Shown here: positions 1 to 8,576 of the stretch, one piece after another
How positions within the stretch are numbered: position 1 is the stretch's first letter
Layout of the letters: each line of letters opens with the position of its first letter
Origin: a virus
Taxonomy: Duplodnaviria; Caudoviricetes
Reading direction: 5' to 3' (one strand)
DNA length: 24,345 nt
IMG/VR virus record: IMGVR_UViG_3300033148_001615
Span: 1 to 24,345 of that record
Program-made: the position numbers and the translations under genes
Notes under the pieces: model-generated
What the model saw: only the letters and a program-made list of their open reading frames with translations
Told to the model about the DNA's origin: nothing
Database searches by the model: none

Positions 1-280
1 AATCTTCTCTTTCTGTAATTCCTCTTTGTCTTAATTCTTGTTTAGCTTTTTGTTCTACTCCTCTTAGTCCTTTGAATAATGGATCTTTTGCTACTTCAGT
101 AGACCTTACACCTGTCCCACCCCTTGTTTTAAACGACTTACCCTCGTCACCTAATACTCGTCCTCCAGACACAGTAATACCTTTCTTCTTGGCTTTGTCA
201 GAAACCAAACCTAAGTCATGCGGATTTATTTTTACAGCCGCTAGCTTGTCTATTATTTTATCTAATTTACTTTTAGCCAT
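1..280 (-). CDS. Hypothetical virion/ejection-type protein, runs off the window edge
   Basis: ATG at 280, 1 nt after the TAA of the 282..635 ORF; open to position 1 (MAKSKLDKIIDKLAAVKINPHDLGLVSDKAKKKG...). Not in the ORF track because it has no stop. Function inferred from position after the tail genes. Confidence 0.7.
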   Translation of the reverse strand, partial: MAKSKLDKIIDKLAAVKINPHDLGLVSDKAKKKGITVSGGRVLGDEGKSFKTRGGTGVRSTEVAKDPLFKGLRGVEQKAKQELRQRGITERED

Positions 281-281
281 A

Positions 282-635
282 TTAAACTCCTGCTGCTTTT
301 ACTCTAGCTTTAAATTCCATTATTCCTACTGCCCTTCCAAGCCTACCCTCTAGTGCATTTCTTTGTCTTTGTTCTTCTACTCCACCAGATGAGCTACCAA
401 ACCTTGAAGTATCAGCATCTCTTCCTCTTTGTGCTGCTCCTGCTGCTTTTCCAAATAGTCCTAGCATATCAAAGTTAGATTTGCCTTGTGCGTAACCACG
501 AAATAATTTGAACGCATCTGGTTTGTGTTGTACTTCAACCCCTGCTGTTTTAAGCCGCCTAAAAAGACTGTCGTTTATCCCAGGTAACGTCCCCATAGTT
601 ACTACTCTTCCACCCCTTTTTTGAAATTGTTTCAT
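282..635 (-). CDS. Gly/Ala/Arg-rich putative internal virion (ejection/pilot) protein; start uncertain
   Basis: 117-aa ORF with helical low-complexity composition. The frame stays open upstream to 686 (LPGRSRQTYSGEEAWNR), so the true start may be the ATG at 690 via a +1 shift. Confidence 0.6.
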   Translation of the reverse strand: MKQFQKRGGRVVTMGTLPGINDSLFRRLKTAGVEVQHKPDAFKLFRGYAQGKSNFDMLGLFGKAAGAAQRGRDADTSRFGSSSGGVEEQRQRNALEGRLGRAVGIMEFKARVKAAGV

Positions 636-691
636 CCTGTTCCAGGCTTCTTCTCCAGAGTAAGTTTGTCTTGAGCGTCCTGGGAGTCATG

Positions 692-1049
692 TCATGTTAA
701 ACTAATAGACTGATTCCCCTTGAGTCTCCCTGCTGCAATTGCATCTTGGTAAAATCGTTTAGTAACTATAGCAACAGGAGCGTTAGCTCTACTTAGTACA
801 TTTCTCTCTTGTTCTTCTTGCCGTTTAATTGATTTACTAGCTGCTTCTCCAAAGGCCGTAGCTTTTCCAATATTAGTCTGTGTTAAAGCATCTGCTCTCA
901 ATCCTTCTCTGGTGTGCTGTAGATACAGCAGAACCAAGTGTAGGAAGATTGGCTCTTTGAACAGCTTGGGAGGTAAGCCCACTAGTACCCATTCCTCTAT
1001 TAATTAGTCTATCTCTAATTGAATCTAATCTTGCTAGGGGTGCGGCCAT
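692..1049 (-). CDS. Putative ejection protein split across two frames (+1 frameshift near 900-920)
   Basis: ATG at 1049 with AAGGAG 10 nt upstream gives MAAPLARLDSIRDRLINRGMGTSGLTSQAVQRANLPTLGSAVSTA..., stopping at 873. The protein-like continuation TREGLRADALTQTNIGKATAFGEAASK... is in the +1 frame and ends at TGA 692. Confidence 0.5.
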
Positions 1050-1053
1050 AAAA

Positions 1054-3405
1054 TTATAGCTCCTTTATTTCTTCCCAATCAATAGCATATGCTTGGATAT
1101 CAATTGGTGGATTTATTGTATTAGACGTATTATACACAAAACTTCTAAGCCCCCATTGAAACCAGTATTTAGTGGCTCCCATAGGGACGGATCTTTTACT
1201 TACAAACTTATCTAGCATGTCAATATTTTTTAAGTTTACTGGGTAGCTAGCTTTATTCTCATAACCCATAAGTTCAACGATTTGACTACTATCTGACTTA
1301 CTATGTACCAAATAGATATAGTCAATCTTAGCCCTACTAGGTGCTTCAGCTACAGCGTACTGTTTAGTTAAAGTATTATATATAATATACCCAACGTAGT
1401 AATCATCACTTGTAACTGGATTAACAGTCCAAGCTGGAGATACAGTAATAGTTGTGGTTGTGTTACTTTGAATCTGTCTGTGTTCTCCATTCTCGTTATC
1501 TACAAATACCCATGCCCCTGCTAATCCGTCATCTGTAGTATTAAATGTCGCTCCAGTATCTGTAAGAGTAGTGGAGGACGAGGATGTAGGCTCCCCAGTA
1601 GCAGATCCGCTAATTACTGCACTAGCATACCCATACCAATTCTTGTAGAAGAATCCAAGGTCATCTACCAGTATCCCCTGTCCTGCTGAGTTAGGACTTT
1701 TAACATACACACTACCAATCATCTCAGTAGCAGGAAGATGGCTCCATTGGTTGCTTTTATTGTTGAACATAAAAGCATGATCTCCAATATATAGCCAGTA
1801 AATATCTTTGTCTGAATCATAATAAGCATGAGACAAAGTATAGTCTGCTGGGTCTAAGCTGATACTAGTGTCAGTACCGTTAAATACGTTATCTAAAAAT
1901 GGAGAGGAAATTCTTACTGTGTTTGTATTGGGTTGGTCAATCACAGCACCAGTTAAATCATCTGTCGGACTTTGACCAATTCTAATCTTATAAACTCCTG
2001 TTGTACCAGCAAAAAATATTACATCTCCATTATTATCTGTTTCAATAGTCTCGTCTGAAACAGTACCAATCTGCTCAAATAAAACATTAGTCCTAAAGCT
2101 ATCAACTCCAAATCCACTCACACTTATAACTTTACTGCTTGTAAAAAGTAATAAATTATTGGATGTGCTATGTATACCAGTAAGAGGTTTTTTAGCTCCA
2201 GTTAAAATCTTATCTGTTTCTAACCAATACTTATCACCATTTGTGGTAGCTTCCACTGGAAGTCTAGTGAAGTTTATACTAGTACCTTCACTAGTAAACA
2301 AGACACCTTTGTACTCGTTGATGTATCTAAAACTAGGGGGATCTATAGTATTAATAGTTGTATCTAATGGTCTAGTTAAAGCCACATCTGGTGTACCATC
2401 TTTGAATGTACTAGTAGCCGAGTCCTGACACCCAACTAAGAAGTAGTCTGATCCACTTGCAACAGTTCTATATATGCAATGCTGGTCAAATGGAAGAGGC
2501 TCAGACCCAGAAAGAGTAGCTGTGGTAGAGGTACTTCCACCGTACACTATAACATCCCCAGTGGAACATCTAGCGGTATCCGCAAGAGTACAAGTACCAC
2601 TAGTCCAGGTAGGAAAACAATTTGACTGTACTAACGCTCTGCTTGATCCTCCAGAAAGAGTAGCAGAGTCTGAACTACTAGATTCAGATTCAATACCCCA
2701 CTTACTATTGTAAAATGTAGTTTTATATTTATATAAAGAACTAGTAGGTTGGGCTGCTAAGTCATGTGAAGCTACGTAGGAGTAGTATCGAACACAACTC
2801 CCTGTTCCAGTTGATCCTCGCCAGTATTTACCGCTTATTAAAAAGTTTACTTTTCCTACTCCATCTGCCCCCCCTGTCATACCTCCTACACTAGAACTGG
2901 AAGAGAAGTTTTGTACCGAAGGACTCCCAACTCCTGCGATAGCTGAAGCACTACCAGTACCAGCCCACTTATGTAGTCCGTCAGTAGAGCTATTAAAATA
3001 CATTGTGTCACCAATCTGTACACAGTCTGCTTTCTCATCTGTTAAAGACCCTAAAATAGAGGTACGATTAGTTCCATCTGTATCGTAAGTAACAATCTCA
3101 TCTGACTCTTTAACAACTAGTTTCTTAGTGGAGCCTGTACTATTTTCATAATAGCAAACCATACTTACAGTAGTATCAGTATGTGCAGTAGTGTTTAGTT
3201 TAACTCTTCCTTTAACTACTCTTATATTTCCTTCGTCCGTAATATAAGCGTTATTAAATACTGAGTGTGATCCATCCTCAATCTTATCGGCTGCTAACCG
3301 TTGAAGTCCTTTAAGATCAGATACAGAAGTAATCCCAGCAAACAATACTTGAGAGCAAAGAAATATAGATATTGTAAGTGAAGCTAGTATTTTTTTTATA
3401 AGCAT
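1054..3405 (-). CDS. Probable tail nozzle / DNA-stabilisation protein (P22 gp10 / T7 gp12 class) with N-terminal signal peptide
   Basis: 783 aa, beta-strand rich, directly after the adaptor gene. The mature N-terminus (DLKGLQ..DKIEDG...NNAY...GNIRVVKG) resembles the usual nozzle start. Leader is MLIKKILASLTISIFLCSQVLFA. Confidence 0.65.
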   Translation of the reverse strand: MLIKKILASLTISIFLCSQVLFAGITSVSDLKGLQRLAADKIEDGSHSVFNNAYITDEGNIRVVKGRVKLNTTAHTDTTVSMVCYYENSTGSTKKLVVKESDEIVTYDTDGTNRTSILGSLTDEKADCVQIGDTMYFNSSTDGLHKWAGTGSASAIAGVGSPSVQNFSSSSSVGGMTGGADGVGKVNFLISGKYWRGSTGTGSCVRYYSYVASHDLAAQPTSSLYKYKTTFYNSKWGIESESSSSDSATLSGGSSRALVQSNCFPTWTSGTCTLADTARCSTGDVIVYGGSTSTTATLSGSEPLPFDQHCIYRTVASGSDYFLVGCQDSATSTFKDGTPDVALTRPLDTTINTIDPPSFRYINEYKGVLFTSEGTSINFTRLPVEATTNGDKYWLETDKILTGAKKPLTGIHSTSNNLLLFTSSKVISVSGFGVDSFRTNVLFEQIGTVSDETIETDNNGDVIFFAGTTGVYKIRIGQSPTDDLTGAVIDQPNTNTVRISSPFLDNVFNGTDTSISLDPADYTLSHAYYDSDKDIYWLYIGDHAFMFNNKSNQWSHLPATEMIGSVYVKSPNSAGQGILVDDLGFFYKNWYGYASAVISGSATGEPTSSSSTTLTDTGATFNTTDDGLAGAWVFVDNENGEHRQIQSNTTTTITVSPAWTVNPVTSDDYYVGYIIYNTLTKQYAVAEAPSRAKIDYIYLVHSKSDSSQIVELMGYENKASYPVNLKNIDMLDKFVSKRSVPMGATKYWFQWGLRSFVYNTSNTINPPIDIQAYAIDWEEIKEL

Positions 3406-3408
3406 ATC

Positions 3409-4521
3409 TTAATCCCTTTCAAGTGGGTTAAACTGTGAAGCCCCTGATTTTCTTGCTTTAATCTCAGCTTCACTTTGCCATTTTAAGTTCTTAATAACTC
3501 TATACATTTCATCAAACTGTTTCAAACTGTCCCTAAAGTTAGCTTTAGATTGGTTAGTTTTGACTGGGTTCTTCTCAAACCTTTCATAGTAGCAAAGCCA
3601 TAAGCACCCAAACATCAGTGGTGTATGATCTGGAAGCAAAGAAATATCTGAAGGTCTAACTAGAGGTTGGGGTTTAATAAGAGCCTCAATCTCAACAAAA
3701 TAGGTGTCATCTGCAACAGGTCTACCATGAATTAATCCACTTCCTTTTGCTCCAATAGTGTAATCTTTTCCAGCACCACTATCCCCTTGGTAGGTGTCTT
3801 TAAGAGTTAACTGAGTCGCACTAACCACTTCCTGAATCCTGTAAGGAGTAGGATGTTCATTTATTCTAAAAGGCATACCCTCCATATCAGCAGTAAAGGT
3901 TGTTCCGCTACCAGTTACGGTAAGTGAATCCTGTGTCATTGTTACTGTACCGTCTGTGTAGTAACTATAATCTGTAAGTCCCCCAAAGAAGAATTCTTGA
4001 GGTTCACCCAAATCTGTTTTAATAAAGATTGACCTGTTAGCATTTAGTATATCTTTCTCGCTCTCTTCAATAAAGATGCTAACAATAGAAGAAATACTAG
4101 GGTCTAGATGTTTATCTGGAAATATGATTTTATAGTTCTTTCCAGAAGCACTACTTTTAGGATAAGAAGCAACTAACTTTAAGGACGTAGTAGAGATGGA
4201 GGCATGAGGATCTATTTTATAGACCTGGTTATCTACAATTACATACCCAAGTCTATCAATATCAGCCCAGCTAGTTCCAGATCCTGTTACTTCTCTGCCC
4301 CCGTTAGTTACAGAGATAGTTCCTGCTATTATCGGGGCTTTGGTAGTGAAGAAGAATCTTTGTTTACGCCACTCGTAAGTCTTTCTATAGAAAAGAAAAT
4401 CCTGAACCATATTAATTCTGGTTTTAATCTGTGCTAGAATGTTAGCATCCTCCACAGTATCCTCTGTAACATTCATAGTCCTAAGTATCTCTTTATATAA
4501 ATCTTGAAAAGTAACTATCAT
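3409..4521 (-). CDS. Probable head-tail adaptor / tail tubular protein A-like (P22 gp4 / T7 gp11 class) with two inserted beta domains
   Basis: Helical N-terminus (TFQDLYKEI...IN..Q...EW) and C-terminus (LP..H..L), typical of adaptors; two internal GT(I/V)xxT...VTGSGT(S/T)(W/F) repeats; SD AAGGAG. Confidence 0.65.
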   Translation of the reverse strand: MIVTFQDLYKEILRTMNVTEDTVEDANILAQIKTRINMVQDFLFYRKTYEWRKQRFFFTTKAPIIAGTISVTNGGREVTGSGTSWADIDRLGYVIVDNQVYKIDPHASISTTSLKLVASYPKSSASGKNYKIIFPDKHLDPSISSIVSIFIEESEKDILNANRSIFIKTDLGEPQEFFFGGLTDYSYYTDGTVTMTQDSLTVTGSGTTFTADMEGMPFRINEHPTPYRIQEVVSATQLTLKDTYQGDSGAGKDYTIGAKGSGLIHGRPVADDTYFVEIEALIKPQPLVRPSDISLLPDHTPLMFGCLWLCYYERFEKNPVKTNQSKANFRDSLKQFDEMYRVIKNLKWQSEAEIKARKSGASQFNPLERD

Positions 4522-4532
4522 GTGTATTCTCC

Positions 4533-4877
4533 TTAGTTAATCTGAGTCCAGGTAGTTTTTATATCTCTATCATTCTCACAACCAGCATGTCTTTGTATTA
4601 TCCATTCTCTATAGTTTATAACTTTAGAAGCTGTGGCTATATACCCTTCGCCACATTCTCCTTTATATTCGTGCATATAATAAACAATTTTATTTCCACC
4701 CATCTTTTGTTTAACTTGTTCATATCGTTTGTTTTTCTGGTGGAAAGTATTCTGGGTATTCACTAATGAATCTAGCAACTTGTTGGCGATAACTGTATCC
4801 CCATTTGTAGGAGAAGCTAGACATATACTAGATCCGAGTAACATATATGTTACCAACAAAAGTATAGAAAACCTCAT
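4533..4877 (-). CDS. Small hypothetical protein with signal peptide
   Basis: 114 aa; leader MRFSILLLVTYMLLGSSICLA; ATGA overlap with the upstream LamG gene. Confidence 0.75.
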   Translation of the reverse strand: MRFSILLLVTYMLLGSSICLASPTNGDTVIANKLLDSLVNTQNTFHQKNKRYEQVKQKMGGNKIVYYMHEYKGECGEGYIATASKVINYREWIIQRHAGCENDRDIKTTWTQIN

Positions 4878-5629
4878 GTTATCATCACCACCCTACTTCT
4901 TGGTACAGTAACATAGGCATCTAATCCGTTGTCCTTAATATCATCTATTTGAGCTTCACTAAGAGCTTCACTAAATATAAAAGCATCATCAACCAACCCG
5001 TCTGTAAAGTTAGTTGGTGCGTCATTAGCTCCTAGCATAAATACTGCTGTGCTATTGTTAATTGATCCGTTAGTTGTATCAGATCCAGTTTCTTGTGTGC
5101 CATCTATCCAGATAGTCATTGTTGTACTACTAATACGACAGACTATATGATACCAAGTACTTATTGTTAATGTAGTTGTTGAAAAAAATTGTCCATCAAA
5201 CGCACTTCCATCACTACTAGATAAACACAATACTGTGTTATCTGTTCTTGCTTGAAGGTTATACCCTTTTGAGGTTCCAGATTTACCTATAAGTGATGCC
5301 TGAATCCCCACTGTCTCAGGTTTATACCATAACCCAAAAGTAATATCACCAGTAACATCTAAACCTGATTGGCTCCCATCAGTGATGGAGAGGTATTCAC
5401 TATTACTTAGTTCAAAATCAGCAGCATTTCCAAACTGGCCTGTCCCAAATAAAACAGTATTATTATCTGTTAAATTATTAGTGTTAACAGATTCATCTGC
5501 TCTAGCCCCACTAGTCTCGTTTAAAAGCCAAGCCCCTTCAAGGTTAGTTGTGTCACCAGCATAAGCTAGATTTGAGAACGCTAGCATTGTACTAATAAGT
5601 ACAACTAGTTGTATGATTTTATACATCAT
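4874..5629 (-). CDS. LamG / concanavalin A-like lectin domain protein (candidate receptor-binding) with signal peptide
   Basis: LamG hallmarks: GAWLLNETSG, G.FGNAADF, TFGLWYKP, WYHIVC, IWIDG, F.LGA, F.DGLVDDAFIFSEALSEAQI. Likely start at ATG 5629 or 5626 after AAGGTGG; leader MYKIIQLVVLISTMLAFSNLAYA. Confidence 0.85.
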   Translation of the reverse strand: MMYKIIQLVVLISTMLAFSNLAYAGDTTNLEGAWLLNETSGARADESVNTNNLTDNNTVLFGTGQFGNAADFELSNSEYLSITDGSQSGLDVTGDITFGLWYKPETVGIQASLIGKSGTSKGYNLQARTDNTVLCLSSSDGSAFDGQFFSTTTLTISTWYHIVCRISSTTMTIWIDGTQETGSDTTNGSINNSTAVFMLGANDAPTNFTDGLVDDAFIFSEALSEAQIDDIKDNGLDAYVTVPRSRVVMIT

Positions 5630-7166
5630 CCACCTTATAGTCAATATGAATTCTAACAACTGTAGGACTACTAGCAGTTGCTGTAATTTGCAAGTTTAAT
5701 GGTACATCAGCAGCTATTCCTGCATTATCAAATCCAGTAGTTGATTGTGTATCATTATCACAAACTAGACCTGCCGAAAGAACATCAGTACCTGCACTAT
5801 TAGGTGTACCTTCTGCCCTTTCGTCTAACTGGATAGTGGCAGTTCCTGTATCGGTTGAGCAACTAACTCTGCTAATAGTAACTGCTGTTGCTAACTTAGC
5901 TTGTATTCTATTTGTATCCGCAGTTGTAGGATCAAAAATATTAATACTAAGCATATGAGTTACAACTTCATCGTCAAGATCCATATCATCATTAACAGTA
6001 TCATAAGTAGTGTATGATCCACCCACTAAAGCATCAAAGTCTCCTACTTCTGGAACGTCATCATCAGTAGTACAACTTTCAACAGCCCCTGCTGCGTCTA
6101 CACCAAGAGGGTACTGTCCTGCACCACAGTTAGCCCCGTTAGCAGAAAGAGCATCTGCTGTATCGGATGTAGGCCAATTATTGCCCATATCAATTCTTAG
6201 TTTATCTGCTGCTGGTTCAGTAAAAATTGAGTTAGTATCTCCAACAGTAGCAATCTCAACTAAATCGGCAGACTCATCTGCCCCGTCATCCCCTAGGTCT
6301 AAGATGTTAGGTGTACCTCCTGCCCCTGAAGCATCCGCACCGCAACTAGCAACACCTGTTCCGTCTGTATCTATTGTATCACAGCCTACAAGACCAGGAA
6401 ACTTGTAAGCACCAGCTCCTACAATATCTATAACTACATTAGTGCCGTCGTGAGAAATGCGAACTCCTTTAGTACCTCCGCTATCAGAGAGTTCAATTCC
6501 ATCACCATCAGTTTTGGGTTCTAGGTAAGCACCTACATCGTTCCACTCGCTAAGTGCTGTACAAGAAAGCACACCAGCTTCTGTAATAGTACAGTCACCT
6601 GACAAAGCTTTATTCTCCCATCTATTGTCTCCTACTCCATCCCAAAGAAGAACCTGGGCATTAGCTGGAGCAGTAGTGGTGATATCAGTTAAATCAGATA
6701 AGGAGTTATCTGATAAGTTATCATCATTTAAAGCTCCATCATTAGGAGTAAATACACCTACTCCTATCTGAGTCTCTAATTCTGCTTCAGTATCTAATTC
6801 TGTTTCTAAAATAACTGGAGAAAAGTCAAAAAGAACTTTATCTGCTGAGGGTTCTGTAACAATATTATCAGGATCATTAGAGGTAGCAAGTTCTGTAAAG
6901 GCAGTAGATTCATTATTACCATCGTCATCTAAGTCTAGAATAATACCTGAGCCTGAGGTTACAGCATTAATCTGGATAGACTCATCTCCTCCATTGTTGT
7001 TTTCAACGATAGTAGTGTTGGAGCCAGCAACGATCTTACCGTTAAGATAACCAGCAGTAGAGTCGTTACTACTCACTTTCACCTTTCTATCAAACTCTGC
7101 ATAAGCCACTGTGCTTACGAGGCATAAAGCAATTAGACTAATAAAGATCCGATTCATAGACTTCAT
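5619..7166 (-). CDS. Acidic fibre/spike-like virion protein with signal peptide, internal repeats and C-terminal beta-sandwich domain
   Basis: 515 aa, Asp/Thr/Gly-rich; fibre-type motif LSDLTD....PANAQVLLWDG...WEN; duplicated ILDLxDDG..ES segment; leader MKSMNRIFISLIALCLVSTVAYA. Confidence 0.7.
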   Translation of the reverse strand: MKSMNRIFISLIALCLVSTVAYAEFDRKVKVSSNDSTAGYLNGKIVAGSNTTIVENNNGGDESIQINAVTSGSGIILDLDDDGNNESTAFTELATSNDPDNIVTEPSADKVLFDFSPVILETELDTEAELETQIGVGVFTPNDGALNDDNLSDNSLSDLTDITTTAPANAQVLLWDGVGDNRWENKALSGDCTITEAGVLSCTALSEWNDVGAYLEPKTDGDGIELSDSGGTKGVRISHDGTNVVIDIVGAGAYKFPGLVGCDTIDTDGTGVASCGADASGAGGTPNILDLGDDGADESADLVEIATVGDTNSIFTEPAADKLRIDMGNNWPTSDTADALSANGANCGAGQYPLGVDAAGAVESCTTDDDVPEVGDFDALVGGSYTTYDTVNDDMDLDDEVVTHMLSINIFDPTTADTNRIQAKLATAVTISRVSCSTDTGTATIQLDERAEGTPNSAGTDVLSAGLVCDNDTQSTTGFDNAGIAADVPLNLQITATASSPTVVRIHIDYKVDDV

Positions 7167-7479
7167 ATCCTTTTCTCCTTAAGGTTTCTAAAATTTTTCT
7201 CCAACTTCTACAAAATATGTAACCACTCGTTTCATCAGACAATGTAAACTGAGGAATATGGCAAAGTCTACTAACACCACAAACAAACCCACTATCGTCA
7301 CAAATGGCAGCATGATCTTTAGCATAACGTATCCTTATCCCCCTGTGTTCATTTCTTTTACGGACAGCAGCAAGCAACCTGTCTCTAGAGATTGACCCAG
7401 AGAACCATCCTTTATTATAAGCATCTTGTAAGCTTTTGACTCCAACTGATACTGGTTTAGGGGTAAACTTAATTTTCAT
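7138..7479 (-). CDS. Hypothetical basic protein
   Basis: 113 aa, overlaps both neighbours in the operon; C-terminal RSWRKILETLRRKG motif. Confidence 0.7.
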   Translation of the reverse strand: MKIKFTPKPVSVGVKSLQDAYNKGWFSGSISRDRLLAAVRKRNEHRGIRIRYAKDHAAICDDSGFVCGVSRLCHIPQFTLSDETSGYIFCRSWRKILETLRRKGYEVYESDLY

Positions 7480-7852
7480 GTTCTATTCCACCTAGAATAT
7501 AAAAAACACTAGCGTTTTGAGTAGAGTTATTATTAGTTAACTTTATTCTCATCTTAGTATTACTTCCACCATTTAACCAAATGTCACATAGATCCCCCAC
7601 TATCGGAATATAAGCAGCGACAAATGCTTTTATAATTACAACTGCACTAGTATCCCAAGGGTTAGACCAAGTAGACCCACCATTAGTAGAGAATAAAATC
7701 TCTGCACAAATAGCATTTGTATCAGAGGAAATACAAATCTTTCTTAACTCCAAGATATGATTATCATCCAGAGTGTAATCAAGTGTATACACTCCTCCAT
7801 CTGCATCAATACTAGCCGTTCTTGCCCTAACAAATTTAGATTTAGTTGCCAT
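7469..7852 (-). CDS. Small beta-sandwich (jelly-roll-like) virion protein
   Basis: 127 aa with alternating strand pattern, ending VFYILGGIEHEN; 2 nt after the upstream stop. Confidence 0.7.
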   Translation of the reverse strand: MATKSKFVRARTASIDADGGVYTLDYTLDDNHILELRKICISSDTNAICAEILFSTNGGSTWSNPWDTSAVVIIKAFVAAYIPIVGDLCDIWLNGGSNTKMRIKLTNNNSTQNASVFYILGGIEHEN

Positions 7853-7854
7853 AG

Positions 7855-8319
7855 TTACGCCTCAAATCCTGTCCAAGTCCCGAACACTTCTCTAGCTGCA
7901 CCAGCGAAAGTTGATCTACGCATTACTATACGTCTGGTTCCGTCCCCTACAAAATCTAAGTCCACATCTATTTGGGAAGAACAACCGTTAATATAGATTA
8001 CACCTATAAGAACCATACCTGTTAAGTTACCATTAGGATCACTATAGAGAGTAACCTTACTCCCACCTACTGTACTATGTTCTGACCCAGCACCGAATCT
8101 CTGTACGGTTAAAGTTTTAGTATCAGTGATAGTATAGATGGTATCTGCATCAGAATTAATATCGCTAAGAGCGACTTGTTTTACTGGTGTAGTATCGGCT
8201 GGAGCAGATACCTCTTGAGAAACAAGAATTCTTCCAGCAGAATTAACCCTAGCAGAGTACTGGTTTATTTTATCTACTAATCTGAACTCTTGATCTCCTT
8301 TACGCTCAATATCACCCAT
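7855..8319 (-). CDS. Small beta-sandwich (jelly-roll-like) virion protein
   Basis: 154 aa; YTITDTKTLTVQRF ... VFGTWTGFEA; N-terminus MGDIERKGDQEFR. Confidence 0.75.
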   Translation of the reverse strand: MGDIERKGDQEFRLVDKINQYSARVNSAGRILVSQEVSAPADTTPVKQVALSDINSDADTIYTITDTKTLTVQRFGAGSEHSTVGGSKVTLYSDPNGNLTGMVLIGVIYINGCSSQIDVDLDFVGDGTRRIVMRRSTFAGAAREVFGTWTGFEA

Positions 8320-8324
8320 AACTA

Positions 8325-8513
8325 TTACTTCCCTTTTTCTATTTTTTCTACTACTTTACGAAACTCTGTAATTAAATCGTAGAGAAGTTTATTATTAGCC
8401 TCCATAAGCCTAATCTTAACTAATTCAGCGTTTCCAAAATGAATCTGAATCCCAAGATTTTCTTTCTTCTTCTCTTCTTTTTTAACTACCTTATCTTTTT
8501 TATTCTTAGGCAT
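8325..8513 (-). CDS. Small Lys-rich/coiled-coil hypothetical protein
   Basis: 62 aa, clear SD TAAGGAG 8 nt upstream. Confidence 0.7.
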   Translation of the reverse strand: MPKNKKDKVVKKEEKKKENLGIQIHFGNAELVKIRLMEANNKLLYDLITEFRKVVEKIEKGK

Positions 8514-8542
8514 TTTAAATTCTCCTTAGCGATTAAGAAGTA

Positions 8543-8560
8543 GGGGAGCCGAAGCTCCCC
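8543..8560 (-). terminator. GC-rich cUUCGg hairpin (weak terminator or mRNA-stabilising stem)
   Basis: GGGGAGC-TTCG-GCTCCCC on the minus strand just after the 8577..9731 stop, followed by a weak U-tract TACTTCTT. Confidence 0.7.
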
Positions 8561-8576
8561 CCTTATTCTTTAGTTA

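Noticed and set aside
687-694. Stop-codon reassignment (TGA) as an explanation for the broken ORFs
   Set aside because: TGA serves as a normal stop in ATGA overlaps at 4874, 16795, 19115 and 23870, and long genes are intact under code 11.
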